A stretch of 64,000 nt of DNA. Source: Vicugna vicugna. Lineage: Eukaryota. Under the pieces are notes generated by a model. It was not told the origin of the DNA. It saw only the letters and a program-made list of their open reading frames with translations, and ran no database searches. Positions 1 to 14,169 of the stretch are shown here, one piece after another. The stretch spans positions 5,454,963 through 5,518,962 of the forward strand of contig MU061579.1 in NCBI GenBank assembly GCA_013265495.1, in the 5' to 3' direction. Made by a program: the position numbers and the translations under genes. Within the stretch, counting starts at the first letter, position 1, and every line of letters starts with the position of its first letter.

Positions 1-477
1 GTTACAAGATCAGTTCTTTTCAGTTTGAAAGAAAATATGTTATTGGAGTAAACATATTAAAATAAATAGGCACAAATAGAGATTAAAGAATCAGGAGGGT
101 TATTTATTTTCCTCCAGGCATATGAATAACCACAGTTCTTGCTCTTATGATAGACACCTGTTAATATTTTGGATCCCAAATGCTCGTGTGTGTTGTAAAC
201 ACTTTCGGAGTTTTTTACAGATACTCATTTGAGGACCCCCACTGTCAGATTCCTATGCAGTGGCTCTTGACTGAGATCAAAGATATCTGATGTGTTTAAG
301 AGCTGCTTAAGAATATGATGCTAACTAGCCCAAGGTTTAAATGCAGGCAATACCACTAGTGAACAGAAGGTACAGAAAAACAGTCTGAAAGATTCCAAAA
401 CTATCCTGGGAAATTAAACCACTACAAGCAATGGGAAACACTTCTTTGCTGGAAACATATGTATAAATGGAGAATTG

Positions 478-634
478 GTACTCAGAGTGGCGTCAGATCA
501 AAAGACCAGTGGCATCTGCTCACCAGGAAGCATTTTGGAAATGCCCAGCCCCAGCTCAACACCTGTCTTAATGTACCCAAATCTGAACTTTCATAATATC
601 CTCAGGTAACCCATTAATGTTTAAGAAACACTAC
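478..634. mobile_element. MER5A-like hAT-Charlie relic
   Basis: AAATCTGAACTTTCATAATATCCCTCAGGTAA..TGTTTAAGAAACACT resembles the MER5A end. Confidence 0.55.
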
Positions 635-2689
635 AGTAAAAGGAACAGAAGAGATGTATCTGCTCTGTCATTCTACTTTTTATCTGGAAAAAATGTGGTC
701 CTATAAGGTGATTTCTGCATAGAAATAAACCCTGCCATTATATGTGTGCCATTTTGGGTTTTGCTTGCTTGCTTGTTTGTTTATAGGCAACATAGTTTAT
801 TTCTGAAACTTTTTTTAACACTTATTAATGTGAATACATCAGAAAATAATTCACATTTATCTTCAGGTGGAAAAAATAAAATATGCCTATCAATAAAGGG
901 ACAGTCTATCAAAATTTATAAGACCTAGATAGTGGAAAACTAAACTACTGCTCCCTCGATATTAGCTTTTCATTTGATAACTCAATGTACTAAATGGTAA
1001 AAATCCATTGTTTTTACATCTATCAAACTTTAATTAGAACTCATGTAGCCTTAATGTGTAGATCAAAAAGGTGGTAGACTGACTGTTGCCAGGAAGCAAA
1101 GGCCTAGAAATAGTGACAGATTGCTCTTTCGGATTTTTTTAGTCCTTTAGATACATATTCTGCTCACGGAGAGATTTAACTTCCTAGAAAATTCCATCAT
1201 GTTACAAAATGCCATTAACTCCTGATAGTCATAAACACATTAAATAACAACCATCGATGCTGCTTTGACAGCTCTAAAGGATTTGTATGCAGTTTTAATG
1301 ATGGAGAACCTCACTCATCATAATTTCTGAGTGTTGAATTGATCCTTGGAAGAGAGGCTGATAATTTGATTGTTCTGTAATGTGCTAGTGCATAATTTCA
1401 GAAAGAGAAATCATTTTATGAAGAAACTAATTACATGCAAATGACTCTCTTTGCAAGATGTTAATAAAATTAGAAATACTTTCCAAAAATGAAGAAAAAA
1501 TAGTGTAAAATAAAATGCCTTGAAGAGGTAAATTGTTAAAGAATACTACAGAGATATTATCCTGGGAAAGTGCATGAAGGAATCTATACCAAGGAGAGGA
1601 AACTTGTGCTGTTTCATTTTTTACTGTGTCAAGAACATCCTCTTGTCCTTTACTTAACCTTCTAAACCCTAAGTGATAATATGAATTGTGAAAATTTCAA
1701 TTCATATTGGAATTAAATTGGTCTTCATGGGAGATATATTACAGAAGTCTCTCCAAATAGAAAAAGAATTCACACCTTACCTAATAAAGGAGCAGTGAAG
1801 GGACATGCCCATCTTACAGTGCATGTTAATGTCTTGTTGAAAAGCATTATCAAAAATAAGCCAATTTATTCTGAAATTTTAGAAACCCCTTTAAAGAAAA
1901 ATACGTTGGACTTGATTTGACTGTAATAAAATAATATTTTATCTTAATTATCACTTCTTTTTTCTATATGCCCTATTTTTTATTTCTCTTTCTGAACCAC
2001 TGAAGCTTTTCTTTGAATAGAGGAATTGAGGTGGACTGTAGGTGACCCAGGTTTATAGTCTTCTAAACTATGCAGTCCTAATAATTATCTCAGACATCAA
2101 AAAGTTGTCATGTGAATATTTAAAGATGTGAAAATCAAAGCCAGACCAAAAAAAATGCACTTTGGAATCCTTACTTTGCAATTAAAAGCATATTTTTTTT
2201 GTTTATTGATTAATTTCTCTTATTCTTAGTCTTCTCATTAGCAAAACAGGGTTCTTTCATATAAACTACCATACTTTTGCTCTCAGTAGCTTTCCATGTT
2301 TATTTCTTATCTGCTTTCATAGAATCCTATCCTTTCTTGACTTTCTATACACCCATGCTAATTTTTTCCCTTTTCTCTCTCTTTCTAAAAAATTTTCCAA
2401 GGTATTAAGCCTTAAGATATATTTTAGAGAATCCCAAGTTGCCTAACTCATACAAAATGTTCAGTAAATATATTTTTAAATTAACTAAATTTGGTTCATA
2501 GCCATTTCTCTCTCTCTCTCATCCATTCTATGAAGATTTAGGTACCCATCTCTTTTTCTCTTTCAGAACTAGTGTCCTGCCCAACAGACACATGCGCATG
2601 TACACAATTCCACCTCTGATAAATGCTATGAAGCAGTTTATTTTGCTATTGTATTTTAGGTATGTTTGTCTTTATAAATGAGGTCAAGT

Positions 2690-3830
2690 GGTGCTTCCCT
2701 GAGAAATGGGAATTGTAGATATGATTAGCCAACTATCAGAGAGATTTCCCAGAAATTCAACTCATTCAATAAAAAGATTAAAAGGAGTATTGACTATTAC
2801 ATTTAGTAAGAATGAAGTTTTTTATGGCTTTGGCCAGTAAGTTTACAACAGACTAGGGAGATGCACATGTGATTGATTGGAATAAAGAGATGATAAAACA
2901 TGGGAATTTAAGGGTCATGCGTTTATATAGCTCCGGTTAGGAGTTTTGCTCTGGAAGAGATCATGAAGATTCAGGGGAAGGAATGGAGGAATACACAGGA
3001 TCAAGGATGAGTTTTCCCTTTGTCCATCAGAGTGTTTTAAAATGGTAGTTACTGAAGCATGTTCATTTGATGATAGAAGTGGTACAATATAAAGGGAACA
3101 AATCATGACAACAGTGAGCAGGAGAATTGTGTGGGGTTAAAGAATGGTGAATGCGGTTTGATTAAAAAATGGAGGTTGGCCTCAGCTAGATGTGGAGAGG
3201 AATTCATTTACTAAAATTCATTTACTAAAAGGAAACGGAATGTTTACGGATATGGTCGCAAATACAAGTATTTGATGTTGGAAAGAAAAAATGAAGGAAA
3301 TGCTTTTCATTTGATGAATTTATTTGTTCGATGAAACATGATTTAATATCTTCAAGATTGAATAGCGTTGTAAGGCTGAGGAGAAGAAATAGTAAAACAA
3401 AATTATTGCAAGAAGTTAATACTATTGAGGGACAGTTTGAAAGCTGGTGAGGAACAGGCAGAGCTTTGGAGTTCATTGGGTTTGGAATTTTCCAGATGAC
3501 CTCACCGGGAAAGATAAAGGAAAGGGAATTAAATATGTAAGCTGGTAAGCATTTCCACTTATTGACAAAGTAATCTAAGGATGGTAAAGAAAGAATTAAA
3601 GACATGACAGAAATAATAGACAACATAAATAGTGATGGTGTCCGTATATCACTGAGATACCTAGGTAAGTCAAAGGATTTTTGAGCCAGGGGACCTAGAA
3701 TAAACGAGGTAGGGTGATTCCCAGTGGTAGTCAAGGAGTGGATGGTTTGAAATAAATTCTGTGAAGGGGATATGACTTTGATAAAATAAAATCTAGTTAA
3801 AAGCCAATGTTTTAGATACTTTGTTGCCTT
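2690..3830 (-). mobile_element. Probable degenerate L2 fragment
   Basis: Purine-rich, with L2-like segments (GTGGTAGTCAAGGAGTGGATGGTTTGAAAT). Heavily decayed. Confidence 0.45.
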
Positions 3831-6800
3831 CAGGTAGATTTTAGATACAGACCAAACTTCTGTCTTTGCCCACAACTAATTTCCTGCTGTGATCTGACAC
3901 ATCCATGCATTTCCAACCCTGTTTAGGTGGAGAAAGAAATTATTTTATAGGATCTCCTTATTAAATCCTACTTCTGCTTTACCTCTCAGCAATTCTCAGC
4001 TTTAAATTTAAATATTTCTGAAATGCAAAGATTAACCAGATAGTCAGAAAACAGGTTGGGGATCCTGGGTCTGTTCCCTCCCCATGCCCTATGTGTACCT
4101 GAAAGCACCATCTATTCCCTGAAATTCTGGTTGTCTCTCTTACATGTCTTTGGGCCTTTAAGTCTCCTTCACAATCAGGTAACTGTACTCAGGAGTATTT
4201 AGCACGCTGAGGAGAACATAATATGCTGCCAATAATTGGGTTTTTGAGACAAACATGCTTAAATTTTAACTTGTGAAATAACAGGCATCTTCCTTTCTCT
4301 TGACCTGCTATGTGGCATAGTTTTGTACCTTAAGTAATCAGAAATTTCACTGCTGGAACTAAATTTGAGAGACTTCTAGATCCCCTTATCTTCTTTAAAA
4401 ATAAATGATATTTTATAAGACGTTGTTTCACAGTTTTAAAATATGACATATTTGTTCTTAGCCCAAAGGACAAGCAGTTGACAGGGCTGCTATTGAAGGT
4501 GTTATTTTAATTTAATAGAACATAAAATAGAGATAGGTTGATTCTAAATATCTTTGAAACCACAATATTCTATAACATCAATGTTGTAAGTTGGGATGCT
4601 GAGAAAATTATTCTGCCTCTCTATACCCACACACACACACACAAAAGGATTGTGGAGATTTTGACAATAAATGCACACATATGTATGTCTGTGTGCAGTA
4701 CCAAATATCTACACAACACAGATAGAAATTTTAAACATTCGTATTTTTAAAAATCATATTTAGACAATACACAAATTGTTGATTTCTGTTTTTATCAGGC
4801 TTTAAAAACAGAAGTTAATTTTCCCTATGCATGTTGATGTCTTAACTGGTGATTAGCATGACATACATTTTAAGCAAATATATCAGTTACCATTTTTTCT
4901 AATTTCTGAAAATCCATCCTTGCATCATGAGGGCTCAAGACTTAAATGACATGTAAGAAACTTCCTTTAGAATGTTACATTTTTTAATCCTATGTAATGT
5001 AATATCTAGGTTAATGTTGGTTTCTTTATGGAAATTTTAAAAATAAATGTATTTTCCAGATATAATCTTAGTATATCTCCTCCTGGTAGAAAAGTGATAT
5101 TTAGAACTACTAGTATTTATTTTTGATAATTAGGCTATTACTAAATATCCTGGGGTTCATACTTAAAATACAAGATCAATGTATTCTAAGCACATATCAA
5201 ATTCATGGAATATGATATGAACATTTCTCCAGTCTCCATAGATTCTAATGATTAGGAGCCAAGAAGCACATGTTTTGTTCACTTTCCAACTAATGCCACC
5301 TCCTTACTCTCTCAGATTCTGTGACCTTCCTTTAAATAAGATATATTTTGGAGAAGTTTCATATAATCTAAGTAGTTTTATCAGCTTTTCCCAGTAGGCA
5401 ACCAAGCTTGAATTTTAATTTGATTAGTTGCATTATTTTTTTATATTTTAATGGCCCTGGAATATCTAAAAGAAAAAAAATAGACATTCAGACCACTTTA
5501 ATAACCTGCCTTAACTCACATGAAGAGTATGATTGAATTTTTCAAGACCATTTGCAATCTGGATAGATACAATATTGTAATCGGGTTGATCTAGCTATAT
5601 TTAAGGAAATATAGCTCCTATCAGATAGATAATAAATTAAGCCATGTCCACATAAGGAAATGAAATAGTGCCTCGTATATTAAATGGATGGTACAGTTTG
5701 CACCCTAACTTCAAGGAGGGTAATAGGAAAGAACCAAAAGCAATAGCAATACCATTCCATCCTTTATCATATCATGTACAGTATCTTATTTTGTTGAGAA
5801 ATATTCTAGATGATATGAATAAAATAGAAAAGTGAAATTTGTGAATAATGTATTTTACTGTTGAAAGTTGTTTTAAAATTGCCAAATAATATCTTAGTAC
5901 AGGTAAAGAATTCAGATATTCTTGTATTTTCAGGATCTTCCTAATGTCAATAAGTATTTAAATAAAGGTCTTTAATATGAAAATTAAATATTTTTAAATT
6001 TTAAAAGATGATTTTAAAAGATACAAAGCAACTCAATTGTAGGGAGAAAGTGAACGTATAATATTGTAAATGAGCAAACGAGGCAGCACGTGCTAGGTAA
6101 TACATGAATTAAATGGACATATTACGCCTCAGGAGTCCGGAGCTGTCAATCTCCATTTCTCCTGTCATTTTTTTCAGCTCTTTTCCTGCATTTACTACCC
6201 CGTGCATTGATTTTTTTACTACTTCTTTCTCCAATAAACTATCAAATCTTCTATTCTGTCTGTTTTACATTTCATGTGGCTCACCTTTGTATCTGCAGTG
6301 GCTAGTCAAATGCATAGTACATAATGTTTTTTCAATCAGTGTGTGGTAGGACACATCAGTTTAGAAGTGAGAGCTGGAAAAGTTTTATTAAATTTTAGAG
6401 GCACCGTGGTTTATGTTATTCAAAAAGAAGAGAGATGGAGCCCATCTGAGGTCCATAGAGGTATCTGTGTAGAGAATGGGATAACAGGTAGAAAAGCAAA
6501 TATGTCAGTTGGCTTAAAGGTGAAATTCATGTGTAGATTACCAGGAGGTAAACTGGAAATGACTTGTTAAACCAATGTGGATCACTGTAAATCTAGGTTA
6601 TGGGATTTGGATTATATCCAGCAATGATAAATATACGAATAGGGAAAATATATCTGGCATGAGTAATACACTGTTTCCAATGTAAAATCTCCTCTTAAAG
6701 AGGTATTTTCAATAAAAATATTTAAATTTGAATTATGTTTTAAGTAAACAAATTGGGAGTGCAGTGATTTGTTAGGCTGAGCTTACAACTGAGCTAGTTT

Positions 6801-8599
6801 TTGTTTACTTCTTGTTTTATTTTTTTAATCTAACTTCCTGGCTAAGCATCCTATTTAGATTTGCTTATACAGCTAACTACCACTGTGAATAACTTCCAGA
6901 ATGGGAAATTAGCCTGGCTAATTTAACCACCAGGATTCTAGTCTAATCCTGTTGATGTATTCCTGATAATTAACAATCTGTGAGCAGCTGCAATGTCCAA
7001 TATCCAAAATACAGCACAAGGTAAATGATCATTTGTACATTGTGGGTTTCATGGACTAAATGAAAGAGCACTTTTTTTTTTATTAATAGCTGCACTTTTC
7101 ATAAATTTTATGAGTTAATAGGGTTCAATTAATGTTGCCAAGTAGTGTGCTTCATGCATATGTCTCTGGGGTTTTGTGAAGTTGAGGAGAATGTATAATG
7201 AATGGTTGAGCAGTTATATTGGTACCCTAGTAATTAGAGAACGAGTAATTAATGTGCATCTGTGTTAGGCTCCTGGGTACTGTCAACGACCCTGTGGTGT
7301 GCAAAAAAAGAGAAATTATGTGCTTGGCAAGAGATTACAGCTTTTCTCTTTTTCTTAAATTTTAGATCTGCATCTGTGTTTAATTAGAAGAAGAAATGAA
7401 TTCCCATTAACACCATTAGGCAACACGCTATGATTGGTTAAAGCCTACATGGACTGTGAAACTGATCTAGAAAGCTCAGGAGATTACAATGGAATTTTTT
7501 TTAATCTCAGGAGAATTTATCTGTACTAAAATAAGGATGCTGAATAGTCCCCACTTGTCTCTCTATAGAATACCTTCTGCCTTTTACTTTTGGCCGCTTT
7601 CTATAACTGAGCGATCTAAGCAAAAATCTACTGAGCAAAAGTAACTTACCATACCCACAAGTGGACTTTTTCCTAGCTGTAAGGAGCGAGATGCAATAGC
7701 GTCACCTTGTAATCAGCTCAATGTACAAAAACCGTCCCATATATTAATGACAGTGTAACATAGTTTACTGACAGGTAATAGTCACGGATGTCACAGCTGA
7801 CTAGCTGTGCTGATGTTTTCGTTTCCAGAGAGATTCAAATTAAGTTGCTTTTATCTCCTGAAGCAGAAAAACATTTCATATTCCACATGATGATAATAAA
7901 ATGTATCCTTAGGGCAAGTAGAATGCTCTACTTCTAAAATGAAACAGCCATGATTTAATTAGTATGCAAGAACACAAGCCGAAATTTTAAGAGAAAGATG
8001 ATTCTCCTGAGTGTTCTTATTCAGTGGCCCTCTAAAATTCTGCTTTTTGAGAGACTACTGAGTGGCTGTATTTGTAATTAAACATTGCCTTTACTTAAAG
8101 TGTTGGTAATACTCTGCCAAATATCCCACTGAGATATTAACTTGAAATTATGACATTCGCTCTTACATATATAATTATGCTAGAAACTTGCTGTGCACTA
8201 TTGAGTACAAAGTTGGAATTTGAGGAAAAAAAAGTTCAGTATTGGACATCAGCAAACAAATTATGTAAGCAGGTTAATGGTGGGTAATTTTACCCACAGG
8301 AAAGTTCAATATTTGCATTTAGATGTTAGCTTTAGAGCAAGGTATGAATTATTTGCTACATCGTATTTAAAGCTATATATTTAAGGAACATATACATTTA
8401 AATCCTTTCTCCAAAATATTGTTAAAGTAGAATAATGTATAATTGAATGTTATTAAGGTAATTTAAAAGTATAATCTCTATTTTCTTCTTGCTCTAATAT
8501 TTGATGTTTCACTTAAGATTTGAAAAGGAATTTTTTAATTAAAATGTTGAAATTCCAGTTGCATTTTAGTTTTCTAAATTATTTGAGTATTGTACTTCA

Positions 8600-8765
8600 T
8601 AAGCTCTGGAGTCAACAGGTCTGAGATAAAACTTTCCCTCTCTGTTTACTAGATAATATGACCTTTAATAAGCCACTTAGCGTCTATAATTTTCCTTTCT
8701 TGCCTAGAGAAACTGAAAATAATAATATCTGTATCCCAAGTGTCAGTACAATGTGGAATGATGAT
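8600..8765 (+). mobile_element. MIR SINE
   Basis: GCTCTGGAGTCAACAGGTCTG..TTTACTAG..TGACCTT..AAGCCACTTA..AAAATAATAATATCT core. Confidence 0.65.
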
Positions 8766-8839
8766 AAATATGCATCGTGATCATGGTGATGGTGATGGTG
8801 ATGACAGCTGGTGTTGGTAAAGATTATTGCATGGCAATA

Positions 8840-9370
8840 ATTATCACAAGTGAAGTAGATTGAAGGTGGCCTTAAATTTTTTGCTGCTCTTCCCATCAAC
8901 AAATAAAGTTGACTTCACCTCTGCTTATATGTGGACTGGCCTTTGTAATTTGTCTGACCAAAGAAATGCAGCAAAAGTCGAGTTCTGGGACTCCCGAGGT
9001 AGAGCTGTAAGCAGCGTTGCAGCTTCCATCAGGCCTCCTAGGAGGGTGCTCACTCTCAAGACGTTTTCTTCTGAGGTCCGCCTGCCCTCCCTGTGCCACG
9101 TAGAGAAGCTATATATGTAGTCACTCTGTTGAGAAACACCAAGTGAGCCTCAGATGACAGTCAGCACCAACTGTCAGCCCTGTGTGTGGTCATGTAGCAA
9201 GTCCAGCCCTTTCAAGCCTTTGGATGCTTCAGCCCCAGCTGACACTTGACTGTATCTGCATAAGTAACTCCACATGGTAGCTGTCCGTTTGAGACTATTC
9301 AATATGTAGGACAGCAAGAGATAACGAATTGTTATTTTAAGATTTGCATAGCGACAGCTAACTGAAACAA
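8840..9370 (+). mobile_element. MLT1-type MaLR solo LTR
   Basis: CAGCACCAACTGTCAGCC..AGCCCCAGCTGACACTTGACTG..TTGTTATTTTAAG..GCTAACTGAAACA terminus. Confidence 0.8.
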
Positions 9371-9494
9371 GAATACCATTAAGTAAGCATTTTAGTATGC
9401 CATTTTGCTTATTATGAAATCACATCTTAATGAAGTCCAGTAATTTGCCTCAAGTTACACAGTAAAAAGAAAGTAATATACATCATATATATAT

Positions 9495-9720
9495 TTTTTA
9501 GCATTTAGTATATGTCAAACACTGTCCAATGCGTTTTGCTTATCTTAACTCATTCAGTCACCATAAGGTTAGTTCTTTTACTTCCATGATCTGTTTCCTT
9601 TTCTAGATAAAGAAATTGGGAAGCAGAAGAGTTAAGTAACGTGGCCAAGAAATGATGGAACGGGAATGTTAATCTAGGCAGATTAGTGTGAGATGTTCTC
9701 TATGACTACTGTGCTGTCTC
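9495..9720 (-). mobile_element. MIR SINE
   Basis: TTTTCTAGATAAAGAAATTGGGAAGCAGAAGAGTTAAGTAACGTGGCCAAG, antisense MIR core. Confidence 0.7.
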
Positions 9721-10953
9721 TCAAATAGTTTAAGTAGGGTTTGAACCCATGTGTGGTTGATTTTAAACCCCAATAAATGCTTTGTTTTTATCTTGTTTTC
9801 CCTATCTCTCATATCCTTCTATGATTATAGTCCATGTCAGCTAATCTGGATGATAAACTATAAAATCCACAAGCATAAAAACTCTCTGTCACTTGCTCAC
9901 CTTTGAATCTCCAGTGCCTAACAAATTGCCTGGCACAGACAAGGTCGTCAATAAGGATTATTGGAATGAATACCCACAAGGAGATCATGGCTACCTTAAG
10001 AGATACTGAGTATGACTATCGAACTCTCCTTGAAGGATCAACCCTGCAGCCAGAGCAGCTTTTCCAGCCCCTACCCTGGCTTCCTTAAATGCCTCCTTCT
10101 CTACAACTCCAGCAACCCTAAACAAGAAAACCCCTGAGAAATCATTACTGCATTATTATCAACCTAACAAAACAATCCATTCTCATAATGTTAATATATG
10201 AAAAATGTTTATGATGATAATGTTCATAGCTATCAGAGGCAGTTTGAATTACTTTTTGTGTACTGATAAAATAACAGACCTCAATTGCTACAGAGATGGC
10301 TGGATGAGACAAGGTTTCATTAATTCAGTTTCAAGCACCATTGACACAGAGTCTTTCTAAAAAAAATAATAAATTTGGATATATGCAGTTTGTATTGAAA
10401 ACTGGAAGAGAGGTTACTATCAAATAGAAGTCATCCCTTAACTTTCTTCATTCCTTTCCATCTAAGGCATTTAAAGCTAAATAAATTTAGAAAAGGTAGA
10501 TTATTAAACAGTCCTCAGCAAGCAAAACACAGGTAACTATTTCAAGGCAAGCATGATTTGTAGGCTGGTTCTGAGTTGTCATTCAGAGCCCCAGCAGCCA
10601 AAGACTGCCAATTCATTGTTTTTCCTCTCTTGTTCCATTGGAAACCAGTTTCCTCTTGCTATATTTTGTTTCACTTTAAAATTATTACACAAAATTAAAA
10701 AATGCTCAGACAAATTGTAATCAAATAATTCTGTGCACTTGCTTTATGTCAAGGGATATATAAGTTAATAAAAAAATACTGTTTGTATGTGGCACCGTAA
10801 TATCTCCATCATTCTGAAATTTGGTGTAATGGTCAGCATTATAATGAAATTGCAGTTTTTCATTTTTTTCAACAATACTTCTTGGGCAAGAAAAATCATC
10901 ACAAGCTAGAGTTGAATTTGTGAATTCTACAGAAGTCAGTTTGTGTGTGCATA

Positions 10954-10984
<31 letters not shown>

Positions 10985-12099
10985 CAAATTAAGGGGTAAA
11001 ATGTCGTGAACATTTCTAAAAGAACTTCATTGTGCCTTAATTTTTTTAACTTCAGTGAGTTTTAAAATGTCTTGATCAGAATGACATGAAGCAAAAGTAA
11101 TTTATGAGTTGTATCTTTACTGAAAATTCCATAATAATTGGAGGGATATATGTTTTTGTTAATATTCTATTGTATTTCCATTTTAGAATAACTTAGCTAT
11201 CATATTTTACATGTTTGTTTGAAATAGTTGCTTCTCTCGGGAATGTGTTTTAATTTATTTTTAGTCATAAGATTTTTTTTAATTTCAAGTATTTTTAAAG
11301 ACCATGATTATATTTCATATTCATTAAAGAGAGCACAGGTTTCTAAGATTGAGAAAGAGCAGTTTGAGAAAAAAAAAACCACGAGAGAAATTTTATGCCA
11401 GCTATTACATTTTAATTTAGTATTTGAGTATGTGCCTAGAAATAATATAGTCAAAGGAAATGTCTGATAAAGACAATTGGAAGTCAAAAAGAGCTATCCA
11501 TTGAATTAGTTCAAATTTTCTAAACAGTGTCTGCCAGTGATTTGGTAAAAAAAAAAAATTCAATTGTATCAGGAGGATTGAAACCTTGGTTTTCCATACT
11601 CTTCTATAACTCCCTGGTGTCCAGAATTCTTTGACATGTATTGCTTCTCACAATTTAGGATGTATTACTTCTCTTCCACTCTGTTCTATTCCATTTATCC
11701 TCAAGTCAGAGTTTCCCTGTAACATTGTTATTCTTAAAATAGAGAAGGGAGTTTTAAAATTATTTGTTTCATGATTACATATCTTCTTATTGCCCTATGG
11801 AAGCTTTGAGCTATGTAGTTGTATGGCCATTCAAATGGCTGTTCTCTTGCTCTCTGGACATCCCCTGCTTAACCAATGCCTTCCTCCCTGCACCCTGCTC
11901 ACAAGTCTGACCTTCCTACATACTTGCCCAGATTCCAGCTAATGGACCAGGCAGATAGAAAAACAAATGCCAAAACTCTGAGGAAAGAGCATGCCCTACT
12001 TCTGTGAGGTCATAAATCATGTCATTTGGTTTGAGAGGAGTGAGCTCATGCTCACTGTAGCCCGTGATCAGACCTACAGTTTAATTGTATCTCTCAGGC

Positions 12100-12830
12100 T
12101 GCTCTGTTGGAAAATGACTGAGAAGTGTAGAGGAGAGCAAGTGAAGGGAGAAGTCTGTTATAGTGATCCACGCCTGAAATGACGGTATCTTGGATACTAG
12201 TACTGGTGGTGGTCAAAGTCTGGATTCCACGAGTAGAGCTGAAAGGATTTCTTGACTGATTAGGTAAGTAGTACTTGATAAACAGAGAAGTTGAAGATGA
12301 CTCCAAGTCTTGTGGACTGAACATTGAATGGCATAGAGTAACATAAGAGGGACCTTTACGTTTAGGTATGTCATGTTTGAGAAGCTTGGTAGATGGACAA
12401 GTGGAGGCTGCATATACTCTGTTTAATACCATTCTGGAGTTCACAGAAGATGATGGAATGGAGAGAAAAACACTGGAGTCATCAGGGTGAAAATAGTATT
12501 TAAAACCACAGGAATGGATAAAATCACCTAGAAAGTGAGTAAGAAAGATATAAAACCTGAGCCCTAGGCCAGCCTGTTATTTTAAAGGAGACGATGAGGA
12601 AGATGGCACTAGGAGGAGTGAGAGTGAGAGGCAGTGAGGAGGCAGAAGAACTAAATTAGAGTGAAGTCTAGTGCCTGCCATTAGAGGAGAAAGAGGAAGA
12701 AAGGGAGGAAGAAGAGAGGAGGGATAAGTAAGAGGACAAAGCAGAAGCATCTCATGAAAGAAAAATCAACGTTTGTGATAGTTACTTAAGGACTAAACAC
12801 TGAATTAGCAAAGTACAAAGTAGGAAGTTT
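12100..12830 (-). mobile_element. L2 LINE fragment
   Basis: Antisense L2 hallmarks GATGACTCCAAG, CATGTTTGAGAAGC, GGAGTCATCAG..GTATTTAAAACCACAGGAATGGATAAAATCACCTAG. Confidence 0.75.
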
Positions 12831-14169
12831 CTATAGATTTTCTCAGCAAAATAAGAAGCTGAATTCTCAGCTGAAAATGTGGAAGGAGAAAATGGTGTTT
12901 ATGTTTTGAGGAGAGAAAAGACTGAAATGATCCTTTAAAAACCTGGAGTGTGAGTCATGCAAGGCTAAGTAGTAGAAGGAAGGAAGGGCAGTTTTCCTCA
13001 TCACTCTCAGCAGGACTGAACACATCCTTCCAAGGCGCTCTGCCCATGCTTTCATGAACATGCTTAGCACTTTTAATTAAGGTTATTCACTTTTCTGTCT
13101 CTTCTGCTAGGCTGTAAGCTCTTCAAAAAATGACCAGTTGATAGATTCCTAACATGCATGTTTTCCATGGAACCACATTAAAGAATGTTAAACAAGTGAA
13201 AAAGAGATTCAGATTTAAGTGGCACCATTAGGGCAGGCGGAGACTAAAGAACTCCAAATTTTAACATCCCCAAATTATAAATACATTGGGAAGTATCATC
13301 AAACATTGGAGAATTAGTGCATGGATATTAGGCAGCACAGAGATAGAGATCCTAGTGCAACCGTGTTAAAAAGAAATTCATAATGATGTATGCAGAGAAC
13401 AACAAATCTAAGAGGATTTAAATGAAGGTTAGGATAAAAGCAACATGGAAGATGTTTTATACTGAAGTTGCTACCTTTGATAGAACTTTTTACCTCATTC
13501 TTGCCTAGTTTGAAAATTATTCCAAGAGTGTCCTAAAGTGGAAGTAAATAGGGTCTTCTGGTTAAGGTGACTATTTCTGGTGTAGATTACATGAGCTGAC
13601 CACTCAAATAATGTTTTCATTGTTATCTGAAACAAAGTGAGAGTACCCTAAGACTTGATACTGAAAAAAACTTGACATAATTAGTATAGACATCTAAATA
13701 TAAATCTATTCAAAACAGTTAAACACACTGTAGCCAGTCCAGGCCTAAGAATGGGAAATGATGAGAATAATAGTGACAATTTTTCATTGATGAGGATGTG
13801 CTGAATCCTGTTTAGATCTTATTTCTCTGGATTTACGTGATGCTGGTTTTTCGCTCCGTGCTGCTGATGACCTGTCAGGATGACTGGATGTAGAGACTTC
13901 TGATATGGCTTCTTCTTCACGAGCTTCATCACCAATGCATAGTAGTGACCTTGTTGTCCTGGCACTGTCTAGTGGTCCTCTATTGCACCTGGCCCTTTTC
14001 TTCATGTCACTTGTGGAAACAGCTGTCAATGCCTTAGGACATGCTTCTTGCCCCTGTTGTCTCTGAAGCCCAAGACTCTGAAGCATTCACTCACTGTATG
14101 TTTCAGCAAACTCATCCCACATCCACCCTTCAATGGGACCTGCAAGACCGAAAGACAAGGAAAGGGTGT

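Noticed and set aside
1678..1708. 11-bp perfect inverted repeat (also a 10-bp one at 5593-5616)
   Set aside because: Arms are AT-rich, and one or two such hairpins are expected by chance in 64 kb.
3225..3875. 216-aa minus-strand ORF
   Set aside because: Non-ATG start, no recognisable domain, and it lies in decayed L2-like sequence.
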